From an uncultured delta proteobacterium (GTDB taxonomy: Bacteria > Desulfobacterota > Binatia > Binatales > Binataceae): a DNA stretch of 64,000 nucleotides. This document shows positions 11,280-21,376 of the stretch, piece after piece. How positions within the stretch are numbered: position 1 is the first letter of the stretch; the number at the start of each line of letters is the position of its first letter. Location: assembly GCA_963808235.1 (NCBI GenBank), contig CAWEEQ010000004.1, forward strand, positions 3,392,001 to 3,456,000, in the 5' to 3' direction. The position numbers were made by a program, and so were the translations under genes. The notes under the pieces were generated by a model, which worked only from the letters and a program-made list of their open reading frames with translations, was not told the origin of the DNA and did no database searches.

Positions 11280-12044
11280 ATGAGTCTGGTCGAATTCGCA
11301 ACCGAAGCCGAAATCGCAATCGTAACTATCAACCGGCCCGAGGCGCGCAACGCTGTCGATCGCCCCACCGCCGCGGCGTTGGCCGAGGCGTTTCGGCGCT
11401 TCGACGCTGACGATTCGCTCTCAGTCGCGATTCTGACCGGCGCGGGCGGAACGTTTTGCGCCGGCGCCGACTTGAAACAGGTCGCAACCGATCGCGGCAA
11501 TCGCGTCAGCGAAGATGGCGACGGTCCGCTCGGATGCACCCGCATGCTACTCGGCAAGCCGGTGATCGCGGCGGTCGAAGGATTCGCGGTCGCGGGCGGA
11601 ATCGAGCTGGCGCTATGGTGCGATCTTCGCGTCGCCGCGCGCGACGCAACCTTCGGCGTCTATTGCCGGCGCTTCGGAGTGCCGCTCTGCGACGGCGGCA
11701 CGATCCGGCTGCCGCGGCTTATCGGAATGTCTCGCGCGATGGACATGATCCTGACCGGCCGCGGCGTCTCAGGTGAAGAGGCGTTCGCGATCGGCCTCGC
11801 GAATCGAGTCGTAGAACCGGGCGAGACTCTTGCCGCGGCAAAAGACCTCGCAAAGCAAATCGCAGGCTTCCCGCAACGATGCGTCCGCTCAGATCGAATG
11901 TCGGCCTACGAATGCTGGCCGCTCCCGCTCGACGCCGCCCTGACAAACGAGTACCGCCACGGAATCGCCACGATCAACTCAGGCGAGACTCGCGCCGGCG
12001 CAGAGCGCTTCGCAAAAGGAATCGGCCGCCACGGCAAGTTCTAG
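11280..12044 (+). CDS. Crotonase/enoyl-CoA hydratase family protein
   Basis: NRPEARNAVD, FCAGADLK, AVAGGIELALWCD, DGGTIRLPRLIG. Confidence 0.93.
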   Translation: MSLVEFATEAEIAIVTINRPEARNAVDRPTAAALAEAFRRFDADDSLSVAILTGAGGTFCAGADLKQVATDRGNRVSEDGDGPLGCTRMLLGKPVIAAVEGFAVAGGIELALWCDLRVAARDATFGVYCRRFGVPLCDGGTIRLPRLIGMSRAMDMILTGRGVSGEEAFAIGLANRVVEPGETLAAAKDLAKQIAGFPQRCVRSDRMSAYECWPLPLDAALTNEYRHGIATINSGETRAGAERFAKGIGRHGKF

Positions 12045-12123
12045 GCGCAGGCGCGAATGACGGAACTCAATTTAATGTGAAACCCGCGGTGGTCGCCCCC
12101 GGCGCATGTTTCACACTTCCCTG

Positions 12124-12148
12124 GGCAGGGGTGACCCCTGCACCCAGT
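12124..12148. repeat. Dispersed palindromic repeat, family C (inverted copy at 30161-30184)
   Basis: GGCAGGGGTGACCCCTGCACCCAGT; its reverse complement, one G shorter, is at 30161. Confidence 0.65.
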
Positions 12149-12216
12149 ATTAAAGCAAAGATGCGGCGCTACGCGCCTGTTAGAAGTTTTGAGGCGGAGG
12201 TTTCCGCGTATTTACG

Positions 12217-12272
12217 TCTCCTTGTCCGAGGAGAGGTCGGGTGAGTGAGGAACGAAGCGAGCGAGGGTGAGG
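12217..12272 (+). repeat. REP-like palindrome, family A
   Basis: TCTCCTTGTCCGAGGAGAGG...GGGTGAGG; close relative at 60217. Confidence 0.7.
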
Positions 12273-12363
12273 TTCAACGCCCGCCATCGCATCAAACGTA
12301 CTTTCTATTGGTGATAACTGCGACCCGACAAGCTGTAGTGATGGGAAAGATTGAGTTACACAG

Positions 12364-12675
12364 TTGACTTTGTCAGTCCGCGACCCAGCTGCCGAGAATT
12401 GTGATTCACGGCGATCCCGATCCGGACCACGTTTCGACAAGTTACGTCGAGCGCAGAATCTATCCGTCCGAATGGAATGCCGCCGATTTATTCGGCTCAC
12501 CAATGCGTTTTCCAGGAAGCTGGCGAACCTGAAAGCGTCGGTCGCGCTCCACTACGCGCACTATAATTTCGTGCGGATTCATCGGACGCTCAGGATGACG
12601 CCCGCTATGGCCGCTGGCGTGACGGATCGGCTATGGTCGGTCGAGGAATTGATGGAAGCGGTGCTCTTCGCATGA
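12364..12675 (+). pseudogene. IS1-family transposase C-terminal fragment
   Basis: (TSYVER)QNLSVRMECRRFIRLTNAFSRKLAN...HYNFVRIHRTLRMTPAMAAGVTDRLW. Confidence 0.8.
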
Positions 12676-12914
12676 TGCAGGTCAGACCGTCACGCAACGC
12701 GAAGCCGGGATGGCGATGGCGCGTCGGGGTTATCGTGTTTGCGTTGATTGGAACTTGGGGTTTCTTTTGTCTATTTGTTGGGCGCTCATTCGCCCCGATT
12801 GGGACGGGAATAATGGTTGGCGAATTCCTCGTTGTTCTCGTGCTGCTATATTTGCTTGATCCTATCCTTCGCGCCCGACTTCTTGCTCGATTCCGTAGGT
12901 CAAATTCAAATTAG
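12672..12914 (+). CDS. Small two-TM hypothetical protein (IS passenger)
   Basis: ATGA overlap with the transposase stop; two hydrophobic helices; ends inside the right IR. Confidence 0.5.
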   Translation: MMQVRPSRNAKPGWRWRVGVIVFALIGTWGFFCLFVGRSFAPIGTGIMVGEFLVVLVLLYLLDPILRARLLARFRRSNSN

Positions 12915-13097
12915 GACACTACCCTATAGCGCGGGGGCATTGTGTCGCTGACGCGCTTCCTATATTCTTTCGGGCAAGTCAATCGTGACTTTATGCGCGC
13001 GTCGGATTCCGTGACGCCACCACCTTCGCAACATCAGACCCACACGTTCGGCGTTTTCACGAACTGGAATCCGGGGCTCTGAACCATAGGATACTGT

Positions 13098-14312
13098 TTG
13101 TCGTTTTCTGAATTTCCCGTTTCCCCCGAGATCCATCGTTCAATCAAAGACCGCGGTCATCACACACCGACCCCGGTCCAAGCCGGAGCTATCCCGGTTG
13201 CGCTCAGTGGGCGCGACGTGGTTGCCACGGCTGAAACCGGCAGCGGCAAGACCGCGGCCTTTCTGATCCCGACTATTGACCGGTTGCATCGCAAGCACAC
13301 CCGGCATATCGCCGCGCTGGTGATCATGCCGACCCGCGAGCTTGCGGCGCAGGCAGCGCGCGAGTTCGAGCTGATCGCTCGCCACACCCATATCCGCTGC
13401 GCGACGGTGGTCGGCGGAGAATCTGAACGGCGCCAAATCGACGAGATTCGCAAGGGCGCGCAGGTACTGGTCGCATGCCCCGGCCGGCTGATCGATTTTA
13501 TCGAGCGCGGCATCGTCAAGCTCGACAAAATTGAAGTCGTCATCATCGACGAGGCCGACCGCCTGCTCGACATGGGCTTCCTGCCGCAACTGCGCCGGAT
13601 CATGAGGATGGTGCCGAAGCATCGCCAGACCATGATGTTCTCGGCGACGATGGCCTCGGGCCCGGAAATGATCGCGCGCGAATTTCTGACTACGCCGGAG
13701 CGAATCACGGTCGGCGGAAAATCGGCGCCGCCGTCGCAGATTCGCCAATCGATCTATCCGGTCACGCTCGAGAACAAGGGCCCGGTGCTGCTCGAGATCC
13801 TGAAGCGGCCCGAAGTCGAGAGCGCAATCGTTTTCACCCGCACCAAGAGCCGCGCCGACCGGGTCGCCAAGCTGCTGATACGCGCCAATATCAAGGCGGT
13901 GCAGATTCATGGCGATCGTTCCCAGAGCCAGCGCAACGCGGCGTTGGCGGGCTTTCGGGCGCGAAAGTTTCGCGTCATGGTCGCGACCGACGTGGCCGCG
14001 CGCGGACTCGACATCCCGGACGTTTCCCACGTGATCAACTTCGACCTTCCCGACGAAACCGAAGGCTACATCCATCGCATCGGCCGCACCGCCCGGATGG
14101 GCAAGGCCGGCGAAGCGATCAGCCTGGTGACGCAAGAAGAGCGGGTCAATCTTGCCCGGCTCGAGCGCACGCTCGGCAACGCGCTCGACCGCGAGCACGT
14201 CGAGGGATTCGAGAAAATCGAAATCCTGGCGCCCAAGCCGGTGACCGTGTTCCGATCTTCGGGCGCGCGCAACCGCTCGGTGCGCAATCGTCCGCGTTCG
14301 CGCTGGGCGTAG
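13098..14312 (+). CDS. DEAD-box RNA helicase (RhlE-like)
   Basis: AETGSGKT, PTRELA, DEAD, SAT, ARGLD, HRIGRTAR. Confidence 0.95.
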   Translation: MSFSEFPVSPEIHRSIKDRGHHTPTPVQAGAIPVALSGRDVVATAETGSGKTAAFLIPTIDRLHRKHTRHIAALVIMPTRELAAQAAREFELIARHTHIRCATVVGGESERRQIDEIRKGAQVLVACPGRLIDFIERGIVKLDKIEVVIIDEADRLLDMGFLPQLRRIMRMVPKHRQTMMFSATMASGPEMIAREFLTTPERITVGGKSAPPSQIRQSIYPVTLENKGPVLLEILKRPEVESAIVFTRTKSRADRVAKLLIRANIKAVQIHGDRSQSQRNAALAGFRARKFRVMVATDVAARGLDIPDVSHVINFDLPDETEGYIHRIGRTARMGKAGEAISLVTQEERVNLARLERTLGNALDREHVEGFEKIEILAPKPVTVFRSSGARNRSVRNRPRSRWA

Positions 14313-14493
14313 CAGCCACAAATTCGCGCTATGAGTTCGCCTGCCACGGTGCAGATCGCAACTACGATCGGCACCGCGGCCAGGCGGCGCATTTCCCTGT
14401 GATATAATCGCCGCTAATGTTTTCGCGCGGGGAACTCTTTCATCGCAAAACAGCGGTACCTCGCCGTTGGTACCTTCTGCTAAAGGAGTGCGG

Positions 14494-16257
14494 ATGCGAC
14501 GACCTCATCGAATCAACCTCATCCTCGTTCGCCTGGTGCTGGCCGCGACTGCTGCCACAATTTTCAGCCTCAATGGATGCACCGCAACCAAGCTGCTGCT
14601 CACCGGGGGTGAGAAGCAGGTCAAGCATCATCTCCGTCCGGTTGAACCGGGTCCTTATGTAATCGTCTTCGGCTTCGACGGCGCCGGCTATGATCAGTTG
14701 AATGAGGCCATAGAATCCGGCAACGCGCCGAATCTTCACGCGCTGCTGGGCAAGAAACAAAAACAGGGCGACCTTGGTGTGTACGAGCACGCTTACTCGG
14801 CGCCCAATGCGCTCACTATCCTGCCCTCGACCACGGTCGCCGCGTGGTCGTCGATCTTCACCGGCGCGACGCCCGCTTACACCGGTGTGACGGGCAACGA
14901 ATGGTTCGTGCGTGAGGAGATGAGGTTCTATGCGCCCGCGCCGGTTTCAGTTGAAGAGACCGATGACACCCGCGCGGCGGTGACTGACGACCTGGTCGGC
15001 AATGCGCTGATGACCCCCACCTTGTTCAAGCAGGCTGGGGTGAAGTCGGCAGTCTCGCTGAATTACGTCTATCGCAGCGCTGACTACTACACGACCGTCG
15101 ATCCCACCACGATGGTCAGCATCATGGGTGATTTCATCAAGGGAGCGGTCGGCGTTGAGGATGACAAAAAGGACATCTACGTAAAGCTCGATCAAGACTC
15201 GGTGCCCAAGATGCTCGAATCGATCGAAACCCACGGGATGCCCAAAATACAGGTGGTCTATTTTCCGGGCATCGATCTGTACACCCATGTCGCTACCGGC
15301 AACCCGCTCAAGAAAGAGGTCGGCTATATCGAGAGGATCACCGACCCGTTGGTCGGGCAGGTGCTGGACGCATACCGGTCGTACGGCATTCTAGATCAGA
15401 CTTACATCGTGATCATCGCCGATCACGGTCACACACCAGTGTTGCGCGATCCGGAGCATGCGCTCGGCGCGGACCCTGACAATGGACCTGCGGCGGTGGT
15501 CAAGGCGGTAGGCTTTCGTCCGCGAAAATTCCAGCTGACCCCCGGCCCAAATGAGCAGGATTTTCAGTCCGCGTTCGCATACCAGGGCGCGATTTCCTAC
15601 GTCTATCTCGCCGACCGTTCGACTTGTCCGAATCCCGGCCAGACCTGTGACTGGAAAAAACCACCGCGATTCAAGCAAGACGTGATGCCGGTGGTTCGCG
15701 CCCTCTACAAGGAAAATCAGACCGGCAATATCACACCGCATCTGAAGCATACGCTCGATCTGATCTTTGCCCGCCAGCCCGTACCGCCCGGAACAAATAC
15801 GCTTCCTTTCGAAATCTTCGACGGCAAACAGCTGGTGCCAATTTCGGATTATCTCGATGAACATCCGAGACCCGATCTGATCGATCTCGACCGGCGAATG
15901 CGATGGCTGAGCTGCGGGCCCTACGGCAATCGCGCGGGCGATATCCTGCTGCTGACAAAGACGGGGCTGGACCGGCCGATCGGGCGGCGCTTTTACTTCT
16001 CGGGCCCGTACAATTCGTGGCATGGCAGCGCGTCGATGCAGGACAGTCACATCCCGCTGATCGTCGCGAGTCAGAGTCATTCGGGAGCAGAGCTGGAGGC
16101 GATAGTTGAACGCATCGCCGACGACAAACCGTCGGAGCTGGACTTGACGCCGATCGTACGGGCGTTGCTGCTTACTCCGGTCGCGCATCCAGCAGCGCTG
16201 CCGGCTAGCTCTCCGGCAGCGGTCCCGTCAACGACGCCCGCTGCGACACCTCAATAA
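14494..16257 (+). CDS. Alkaline-phosphatase superfamily (NPP/phosphodiesterase-like) lipoprotein
   Basis: RBS AAGGAG; lipobox SLNGC; FGFDG, PSTT, DLYTH, ADHGH, SWHG metal-site motifs. Confidence 0.82.
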   Translation: MRRPHRINLILVRLVLAATAATIFSLNGCTATKLLLTGGEKQVKHHLRPVEPGPYVIVFGFDGAGYDQLNEAIESGNAPNLHALLGKKQKQGDLGVYEHAYSAPNALTILPSTTVAAWSSIFTGATPAYTGVTGNEWFVREEMRFYAPAPVSVEETDDTRAAVTDDLVGNALMTPTLFKQAGVKSAVSLNYVYRSADYYTTVDPTTMVSIMGDFIKGAVGVEDDKKDIYVKLDQDSVPKMLESIETHGMPKIQVVYFPGIDLYTHVATGNPLKKEVGYIERITDPLVGQVLDAYRSYGILDQTYIVIIADHGHTPVLRDPEHALGADPDNGPAAVVKAVGFRPRKFQLTPGPNEQDFQSAFAYQGAISYVYLADRSTCPNPGQTCDWKKPPRFKQDVMPVVRALYKENQTGNITPHLKHTLDLIFARQPVPPGTNTLPFEIFDGKQLVPISDYLDEHPRPDLIDLDRRMRWLSCGPYGNRAGDILLLTKTGLDRPIGRRFYFSGPYNSWHGSASMQDSHIPLIVASQSHSGAELEAIVERIADDKPSELDLTPIVRALLLTPVAHPAALPASSPAAVPSTTPAATPQ

Positions 16258-16924
16258 AGTTGCCGTCGGGATCGCGGATGAAGGAAATTCGCGCAACCGC
16301 GCCGAGCGTCACCGGCGCCGCACCTTCCCACACGCCCATCGAGGTAAGGCGGCGATGCTCGCGGTCGCAGTCGCGGACCTGCACTGTGATGTAACGCATC
16401 CCGATCGCGCGCATCGAGCCGATCACGTCGATCGCGCTCGCCGACGCAGACTTCGGTGCCGCAACCGCATCGCGATCGTGTGCGAAGCTGATCACGGTTT
16501 CGCCCAGCTTGAAGCGTCCCGCGCCGAGCCGCTCCGCCTGGAGCGCATCGCCGTAGAATTGCTCAAAGGCGGCTTCGTCGGTGACTCCCAGATGAATCTC
16601 GATCTGCTTGATACCGCGATGACCGGCTGGAACCAGTTCGATATCGTTGCGATCAGGATCGAGCAACTCTGAGGGCGTCGAAGTGGAGGGGGCGGAAATT
16701 GTAATCCGCTTGTAGCCGCCGGACTTTCTCGGCGGGAGCGGATCGCGAGCGTGATTTATTTTCAGCACCGAACCAAGCAGTCCGAAGCGATATTGCCGCA
16801 CTCCGGCGCCGACCGGCAGGATCTCCTCGAAGGGCAGATGGATTAGCTCAGTGTAGAATGCGCGCATCTCGTCGATACGGTTGGTGAAGAGGCCCACGTC
16901 CACGAACTGCTTTGCGAGTTCCAT
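16205..16924 (-). CDS. VOC/glyoxalase family protein
   Basis: Duplicated beta-alpha-beta modules; DVGLFT, FIRDPDGNFIE. Confidence 0.8.
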   Translation of the reverse strand: MELAKQFVDVGLFTNRIDEMRAFYTELIHLPFEEILPVGAGVRQYRFGLLGSVLKINHARDPLPPRKSGGYKRITISAPSTSTPSELLDPDRNDIELVPAGHRGIKQIEIHLGVTDEAAFEQFYGDALQAERLGAGRFKLGETVISFAHDRDAVAAPKSASASAIDVIGSMRAIGMRYITVQVRDCDREHRRLTSMGVWEGAAPVTLGAVARISFIRDPDGNFIEVSQRASLTGPLPES

Positions 16925-17002
16925 TTTCGATCTCCCATCAAACGCATTACCTCATCGCCAAGGCCGTTCTCAAGTAACCTGCGTCGCACGATTTGAAGAC
17001 TG

Positions 17003-17034
17003 TTGCATTGCGGATAATATTAACTATAGTTAAT
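17003..17034 (+). promoter_or_regulatory. Sigma70-like promoter overlapped by a perfect 16-bp palindrome operator
   Basis: TTGCAT-16 nt-TATAGT; palindrome ATTAACTATAGTTAAT at 17019-17034. Confidence 0.55.
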
Positions 17035-17046
17035 TACATCCGTGAG

Positions 17047-17811
17047 ATGGAAATGACGACGATGGATGCCAAACAAACCTGGGACCCCGACAGTTACGCG
17101 CGCAATGCTCGTTTCGTCTCCGATCTCGGCGCGCCGGTGGTCGAATTGCTCGCACCGAAAGCGGGCGAGCGAATCCTCGACCTCGGATGCGGCGACGGCG
17201 CGCTGACCGCGAGACTCGTCGCGCTCGGATGCGTCGTGGTCGGCGTGGATGCGAGCGCCGCGCAGGTCGAAGCTGCACGGCGCATCGGCCTCGACGCACG
17301 CGTCGGCGACGGGAATCAGCTAGGCTTCGACGCCGAGTTCGACGCGGTGTTCAGCAACGCCGCGATTCACTGGATGAATCGCCCCGACGACGTCATCGCG
17401 GGCGTATCGCGGGCTCTCAGAGCCGGCGGGCGCTTTGTCGGCGAATTCGGCGGCTACGGATGTGTCGAGAAAATCAAGCGCGCGCTCATCGCGGCGCTGA
17501 CCCGCCGCGGAATCGATGGCGAGCGACTCAATCCATGGTACTTCCCGACGGTCGAGGATTACTCGGCGCGGCTCGTGCGCGGCGGCTTCACAGTCAGGTA
17601 TATCGCGCTCATTCCGCGCCCGACTCCGCTGCCGACCGAAATCAACGGGTGGCTCGATACCTTCGCGCAAGCCTTCATGGCGCCGCTCGACACCGGCGCG
17701 CGCCCCGCATTTATCGACGAAGTTCGCGAGTCGTTGCGTCCGGATCTTTGCGACGCGGACGGCAACTGGTTCGCCGACTACGTGCGGCTGCGTTTTGCCG
17801 CCGACAAGTAG
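17047..17811 (+). CDS. Class I SAM-dependent methyltransferase (Tam-like)
   Basis: ILDLGCGDG, FDAVFSNAAIHW, DYVRLRF. Confidence 0.9.
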   Translation: MEMTTMDAKQTWDPDSYARNARFVSDLGAPVVELLAPKAGERILDLGCGDGALTARLVALGCVVVGVDASAAQVEAARRIGLDARVGDGNQLGFDAEFDAVFSNAAIHWMNRPDDVIAGVSRALRAGGRFVGEFGGYGCVEKIKRALIAALTRRGIDGERLNPWYFPTVEDYSARLVRGGFTVRYIALIPRPTPLPTEINGWLDTFAQAFMAPLDTGARPAFIDEVRESLRPDLCDADGNWFADYVRLRFAADK

Positions 17812-17872
17812 CGTTTCCTGAATCCCGGCGTTGTTGAGTTCGCGCCCGAGGGTCGGGCAGTATCCGTTTGCG

Positions 17873-18619
17873 ATGAGCATCTTCCGCGAACTGACCGAGG
17901 GCTTGCCGCGCCAGGCTCCCGGCTCCTCGAAGGCAACTATCCGGACGCTGGGTTTGGCGCGCGGGTTGCCGGAGCGTCCGAGGATTCTGGACGTGGGATG
18001 CGGCCCCGGCGCGCAGACGATCGATCTCGCGCGCGCGACCTATGGCGAGATCGTCGCGGTCGATATCAGGCAGCGATTCCTCGATGAACTAAATGAACGC
18101 GCACGCGACGCCTGCGTTCTTTCGCAAATCACAACGGTCAACGTTTCGATGTTTGAGATGAACTTTGAGCCCGAGTCGTTCGATCTGATCTGGTCCGAGG
18201 GCGCGATTTATATAGCCGGGTTTGCCGAGGGGCTTGGCGCGTGGCGGCGTTTCCTTAAGCCGGACGGATGGATGGCGGTCTCGGAACTGTCGTGGCTGGT
18301 GCCCGATCCACCGGCGGAGGCGGCGCACTTCTGGGCGCGCAACTATCCCGGCATGAGATCGATCGAACGTAACTGCCAGGTCATCGCCGAAACCGGTTAC
18401 GTCGACGCCGATGGTTTCGTGCTCCCGGTTCAGGACTGGTGGGACAACTATTATGGACCGGTGCACGCGCGGGTTCAGAAGCTCAGAACGAAGTACGCCG
18501 GCGATCCGGAGGTCCTCGCGATTCTCGACGATCATCAGCGCGAGTACGATCTCTTCCGCACCCACTCCGACGCCTACGGCTACGTCTTTTACGTGATGCG
18601 CAAGCCCGCGCCGCACTAG
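17873..18619 (+). CDS. Class I SAM-dependent methyltransferase
   Basis: LPRQAPG, ILDVGCGPG, FDLIWSEGAIY, YGYVFYV. Confidence 0.9.
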   Translation: MSIFRELTEGLPRQAPGSSKATIRTLGLARGLPERPRILDVGCGPGAQTIDLARATYGEIVAVDIRQRFLDELNERARDACVLSQITTVNVSMFEMNFEPESFDLIWSEGAIYIAGFAEGLGAWRRFLKPDGWMAVSELSWLVPDPPAEAAHFWARNYPGMRSIERNCQVIAETGYVDADGFVLPVQDWWDNYYGPVHARVQKLRTKYAGDPEVLAILDDHQREYDLFRTHSDAYGYVFYVMRKPAPH

Positions 18620-18698
18620 CATCCGCGCTCGCCTTTCATTTGCCCGCGAACTGAGTTAGCTGTTGCGATAGAAATAATCAGACCCCGCGAGGATCGAA

Positions 18699-19889
18699 AT
18701 GGACTTTTCGCTGACGCCGAAAACCGAAGAATTGCGCAAACGCGTGTCCGCATTCATGGACCAGCACGTGTTTCCCATCGAGAAAGAAGTTCAGCTCGCG
18801 ATGGGCGAGAGCGGAAACCAGGAACCGCAATCGCTCAAGGACGTGCGCAAAAAAGCCAAGGCCGAGGGCCTGTGGAATCTGTTCCTGCCCGACGAAAAAT
18901 TCGGCGCCGGACTCAAGAACTACGAATATGCGCCGCTGTGCGAGCTGATGGGCCGCAGCCAAATCGGCGCGCGCGCGTTCAATTGCATGGCGCCCGACAC
19001 CGGCAACATGGAAATTCTGACTGAGTTCGGCACCCCCGAGCAGAAAAAAAAGTGGCTGCAGCCGTGCCTCGACGGAGAGATTCGCACCTGCTTTTCGATG
19101 ACCGAACCAGACACTCCGGGATCCGATCCGACCCAGTTGAAAACCCGCGCGGTCCGCGACGGCGACGACTACGTGATCAACGGTCACAAGTGGTTCACCT
19201 CCAATGCGATCGGATCGACGTTTGCCATAGCTATGGTCGTGACCGATCCCGACGCCGAGCCGCATCGCCGCGCGAGCCAGATAATCGTTCCGACCAACAC
19301 TCCGGGCTTCAACCTGATCCGGCCGGTGCCGGTGATGGGCCATACCGGCGGCGGCGGCCATTGCGAGATCGTCTACAAGGATTGCCGCGTACCGGTGACC
19401 AACCTGCTCGGCGAAGAAGGCGGCGGGTTTGCGATTTCGCAGGCGCGTCTGGGTCCCGGCCGTATCCATCATTGCATGCGGACGATCGGTATTGCTGAAC
19501 GCGCGCTCGAGCTGATGTGCAAGCGGGCGAACACGCGCTTCACGCACGGCAGCTTCCTCGCCGACAAGTCCAACATCCAGGAATGGATCGCCAACTCGCG
19601 AATCGAGATCGATTCATGCCGCCTCATGGTGATGCATGCGGCGTGGAAGATGGACACCGCCGGCAAGCGCGACGCGCGCAATGAGATCGCGATGATCAAG
19701 GTGATGTGCGCGAACATGGTGATGATCGTGCTCGATCGCGCGATCCAGGTTTTCGGCGCCGCCGGCGTCAGCGACGACTTTCCGCTCGCGCGGATGTGGC
19801 GCGACAGCCGCGCACTCCGAATCGCCGACGGCCCCGACGAAGTGCATCGCATGACGATCGCGCGCCGCGAGCTTCGCAAGTATAAATGA
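18699..19889 (+). CDS. Acyl-CoA dehydrogenase (ACAD10/11- or LvaC-like)
   Basis: GLWNLFLP, FNCMAPDTGNME, FSMTEP, QARLGPGRIHHCMR, IADGPDEVH. Confidence 0.93.
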   Translation: MDFSLTPKTEELRKRVSAFMDQHVFPIEKEVQLAMGESGNQEPQSLKDVRKKAKAEGLWNLFLPDEKFGAGLKNYEYAPLCELMGRSQIGARAFNCMAPDTGNMEILTEFGTPEQKKKWLQPCLDGEIRTCFSMTEPDTPGSDPTQLKTRAVRDGDDYVINGHKWFTSNAIGSTFAIAMVVTDPDAEPHRRASQIIVPTNTPGFNLIRPVPVMGHTGGGGHCEIVYKDCRVPVTNLLGEEGGGFAISQARLGPGRIHHCMRTIGIAERALELMCKRANTRFTHGSFLADKSNIQEWIANSRIEIDSCRLMVMHAAWKMDTAGKRDARNEIAMIKVMCANMVMIVLDRAIQVFGAAGVSDDFPLARMWRDSRALRIADGPDEVHRMTIARRELRKYK

Positions 19890-19904
19890 CCCGCGTCCGC
19901 ACGA

Positions 19905-20998
19905 ATGGCTGAAGCGATAGAAATCGTCCCCGAATTCGGCGACGTTCGCGCCGAAGAAGAGCTCGACTGGAATAAGCTCGCCGACTACCTGCGCGGCAAA
20001 CTCCCCGGCGCTGACGCGGCGATGACCGTCAAGCAGTTCCGCGGCGGATCGTCGAACCTGACCTACCTGCTCCGCTTCGGCAAAACCGAATGGGTGATGC
20101 GCCGGCCGCCGTTCGGCCCGCTTCCCGTCGGCGGCCACGACATGGGCCGCGAATACCGCGTGCTATCGCGGCTTTGGGAAGTGTTCAAGCCGGCGCCGCG
20201 CGGGATGATCTACAGCGACGACGCATCGATCGTCGGCGCGCCGTTCTTCGTGATGGAACGGCGCTCGGGAATCGTCATCAAGAACCGCCAGCCGCTGCCC
20301 GAGGAACTCGGCACCGATCCGGCGACGTACAGAGCACTGTCGCAGGGCTTCATCGACACGCTCGCGGATTTGCATCGCGTCGATTACGCGGCGATCGGAC
20401 TCGCTCGCTCGGCAAGCCCGAAGGATTTCTGAAACGCCAGATCACCGGATGGATGGGCCGCTGGGAGAAAGCGAAAACCCGCGAAGTGCCGTTGATGGAA
20501 AAACTCGGCGCGTGGTTCCTCGAGAACATGCCCGAGTCGCCGCCGCCCGCGCTAATCCATAACGATTTCTATTTGCACAACATCATGATCGGTTCCGACG
20601 ACCCCGGAAATGTAGTCGGCGTCTTCGACTGGGAGATGTCCACGATCGGCGATCCGATGGTCGATCTGGGAATCGCTATTGGCTATTGGCGCGACAAGTC
20701 CGACCCGCCGGAACTGCTCGTTACCTCGCAAGGCGAAGCGCACACACTCCGCCCCGGCTTCATGACCCGTGACGAACTACTCCATCGCTATTCACTCCGC
20801 ACCGGCCGCGACGTAAGCGGCATCCCCTTCTATTGGGCCTGGGCGCACTGGAAAACCGCGACGGTAGTCGAGCAAATCTACGTCCGCTACGTCCGCGGCC
20901 AAACAACTGATCCCCGCTTCGCCCTGATGGGCCCCTTCGCCCCCGCCCTGGCAATCGGCGCCGCTCAGGTAGCCTCGCGTTTGGGGTTCAAGGCGTAG
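19905..20998 (+). CDS. APH-family phosphotransferase (ACAD10/11 kinase-like), frameshift near 20400
   Basis: GGSSNLTY, RRPP, HDMGREY, then HNDF..HN, DWEMSTIGDP in the second frame. Confidence 0.88.
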
Positions 20999-21066
20999 CG
21001 CAAAGGCGTTTGCTGCCTCGCATTGGATGCTTCACATACAACGCGATACGTGCAATATTCGATCAC

Positions 21067-21344
21067 GTGATCCGGAGCTTCTCCGATCGCGATACGAGGC
21101 GATTTTCAATCGCGAACACGTGCCGAAGTTCGAGAGCATCGCGAAGGTCGCGCATCGGAAGCTTCGCGAGATTCATCGAGCGCTAAGATTGTCAGATCTG
21201 GCGGCGCTGCCAGGAAATCGGCTTGAAGCGCTCAGAGGAAATCGCGCCGGACAGCACAGTATCCGGATCAACAACCAGTACCGCGTCTGTTTCGTCTGGG
21301 ACCAGAGGGACGCGTACGATGTGGAAATTGTTGATTATCACTGA
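21067..21344 (+). CDS. higB: HigB (RelE/ParE) toxin, single indel near 21097
   Basis: GTG-IRSF.D..T start; PGNRLEALRGNRAGQHSIRINNQYRVCF...VEIVDYH. Confidence 0.88.
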
Positions 21345-21376
21345 GCTCCAAAAAAATTCTGGAGGACGCACAAACC

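Larger units (their letters stand above)
12334..12923 (+). mobile_element. Internally deleted IS1-family element carrying a passenger ORF
   Basis: Transposase C-terminus only; right end TCAAATTAGGACACTACC; probable degenerate left end TGTAGTG...TTGAG. Confidence 0.6.
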
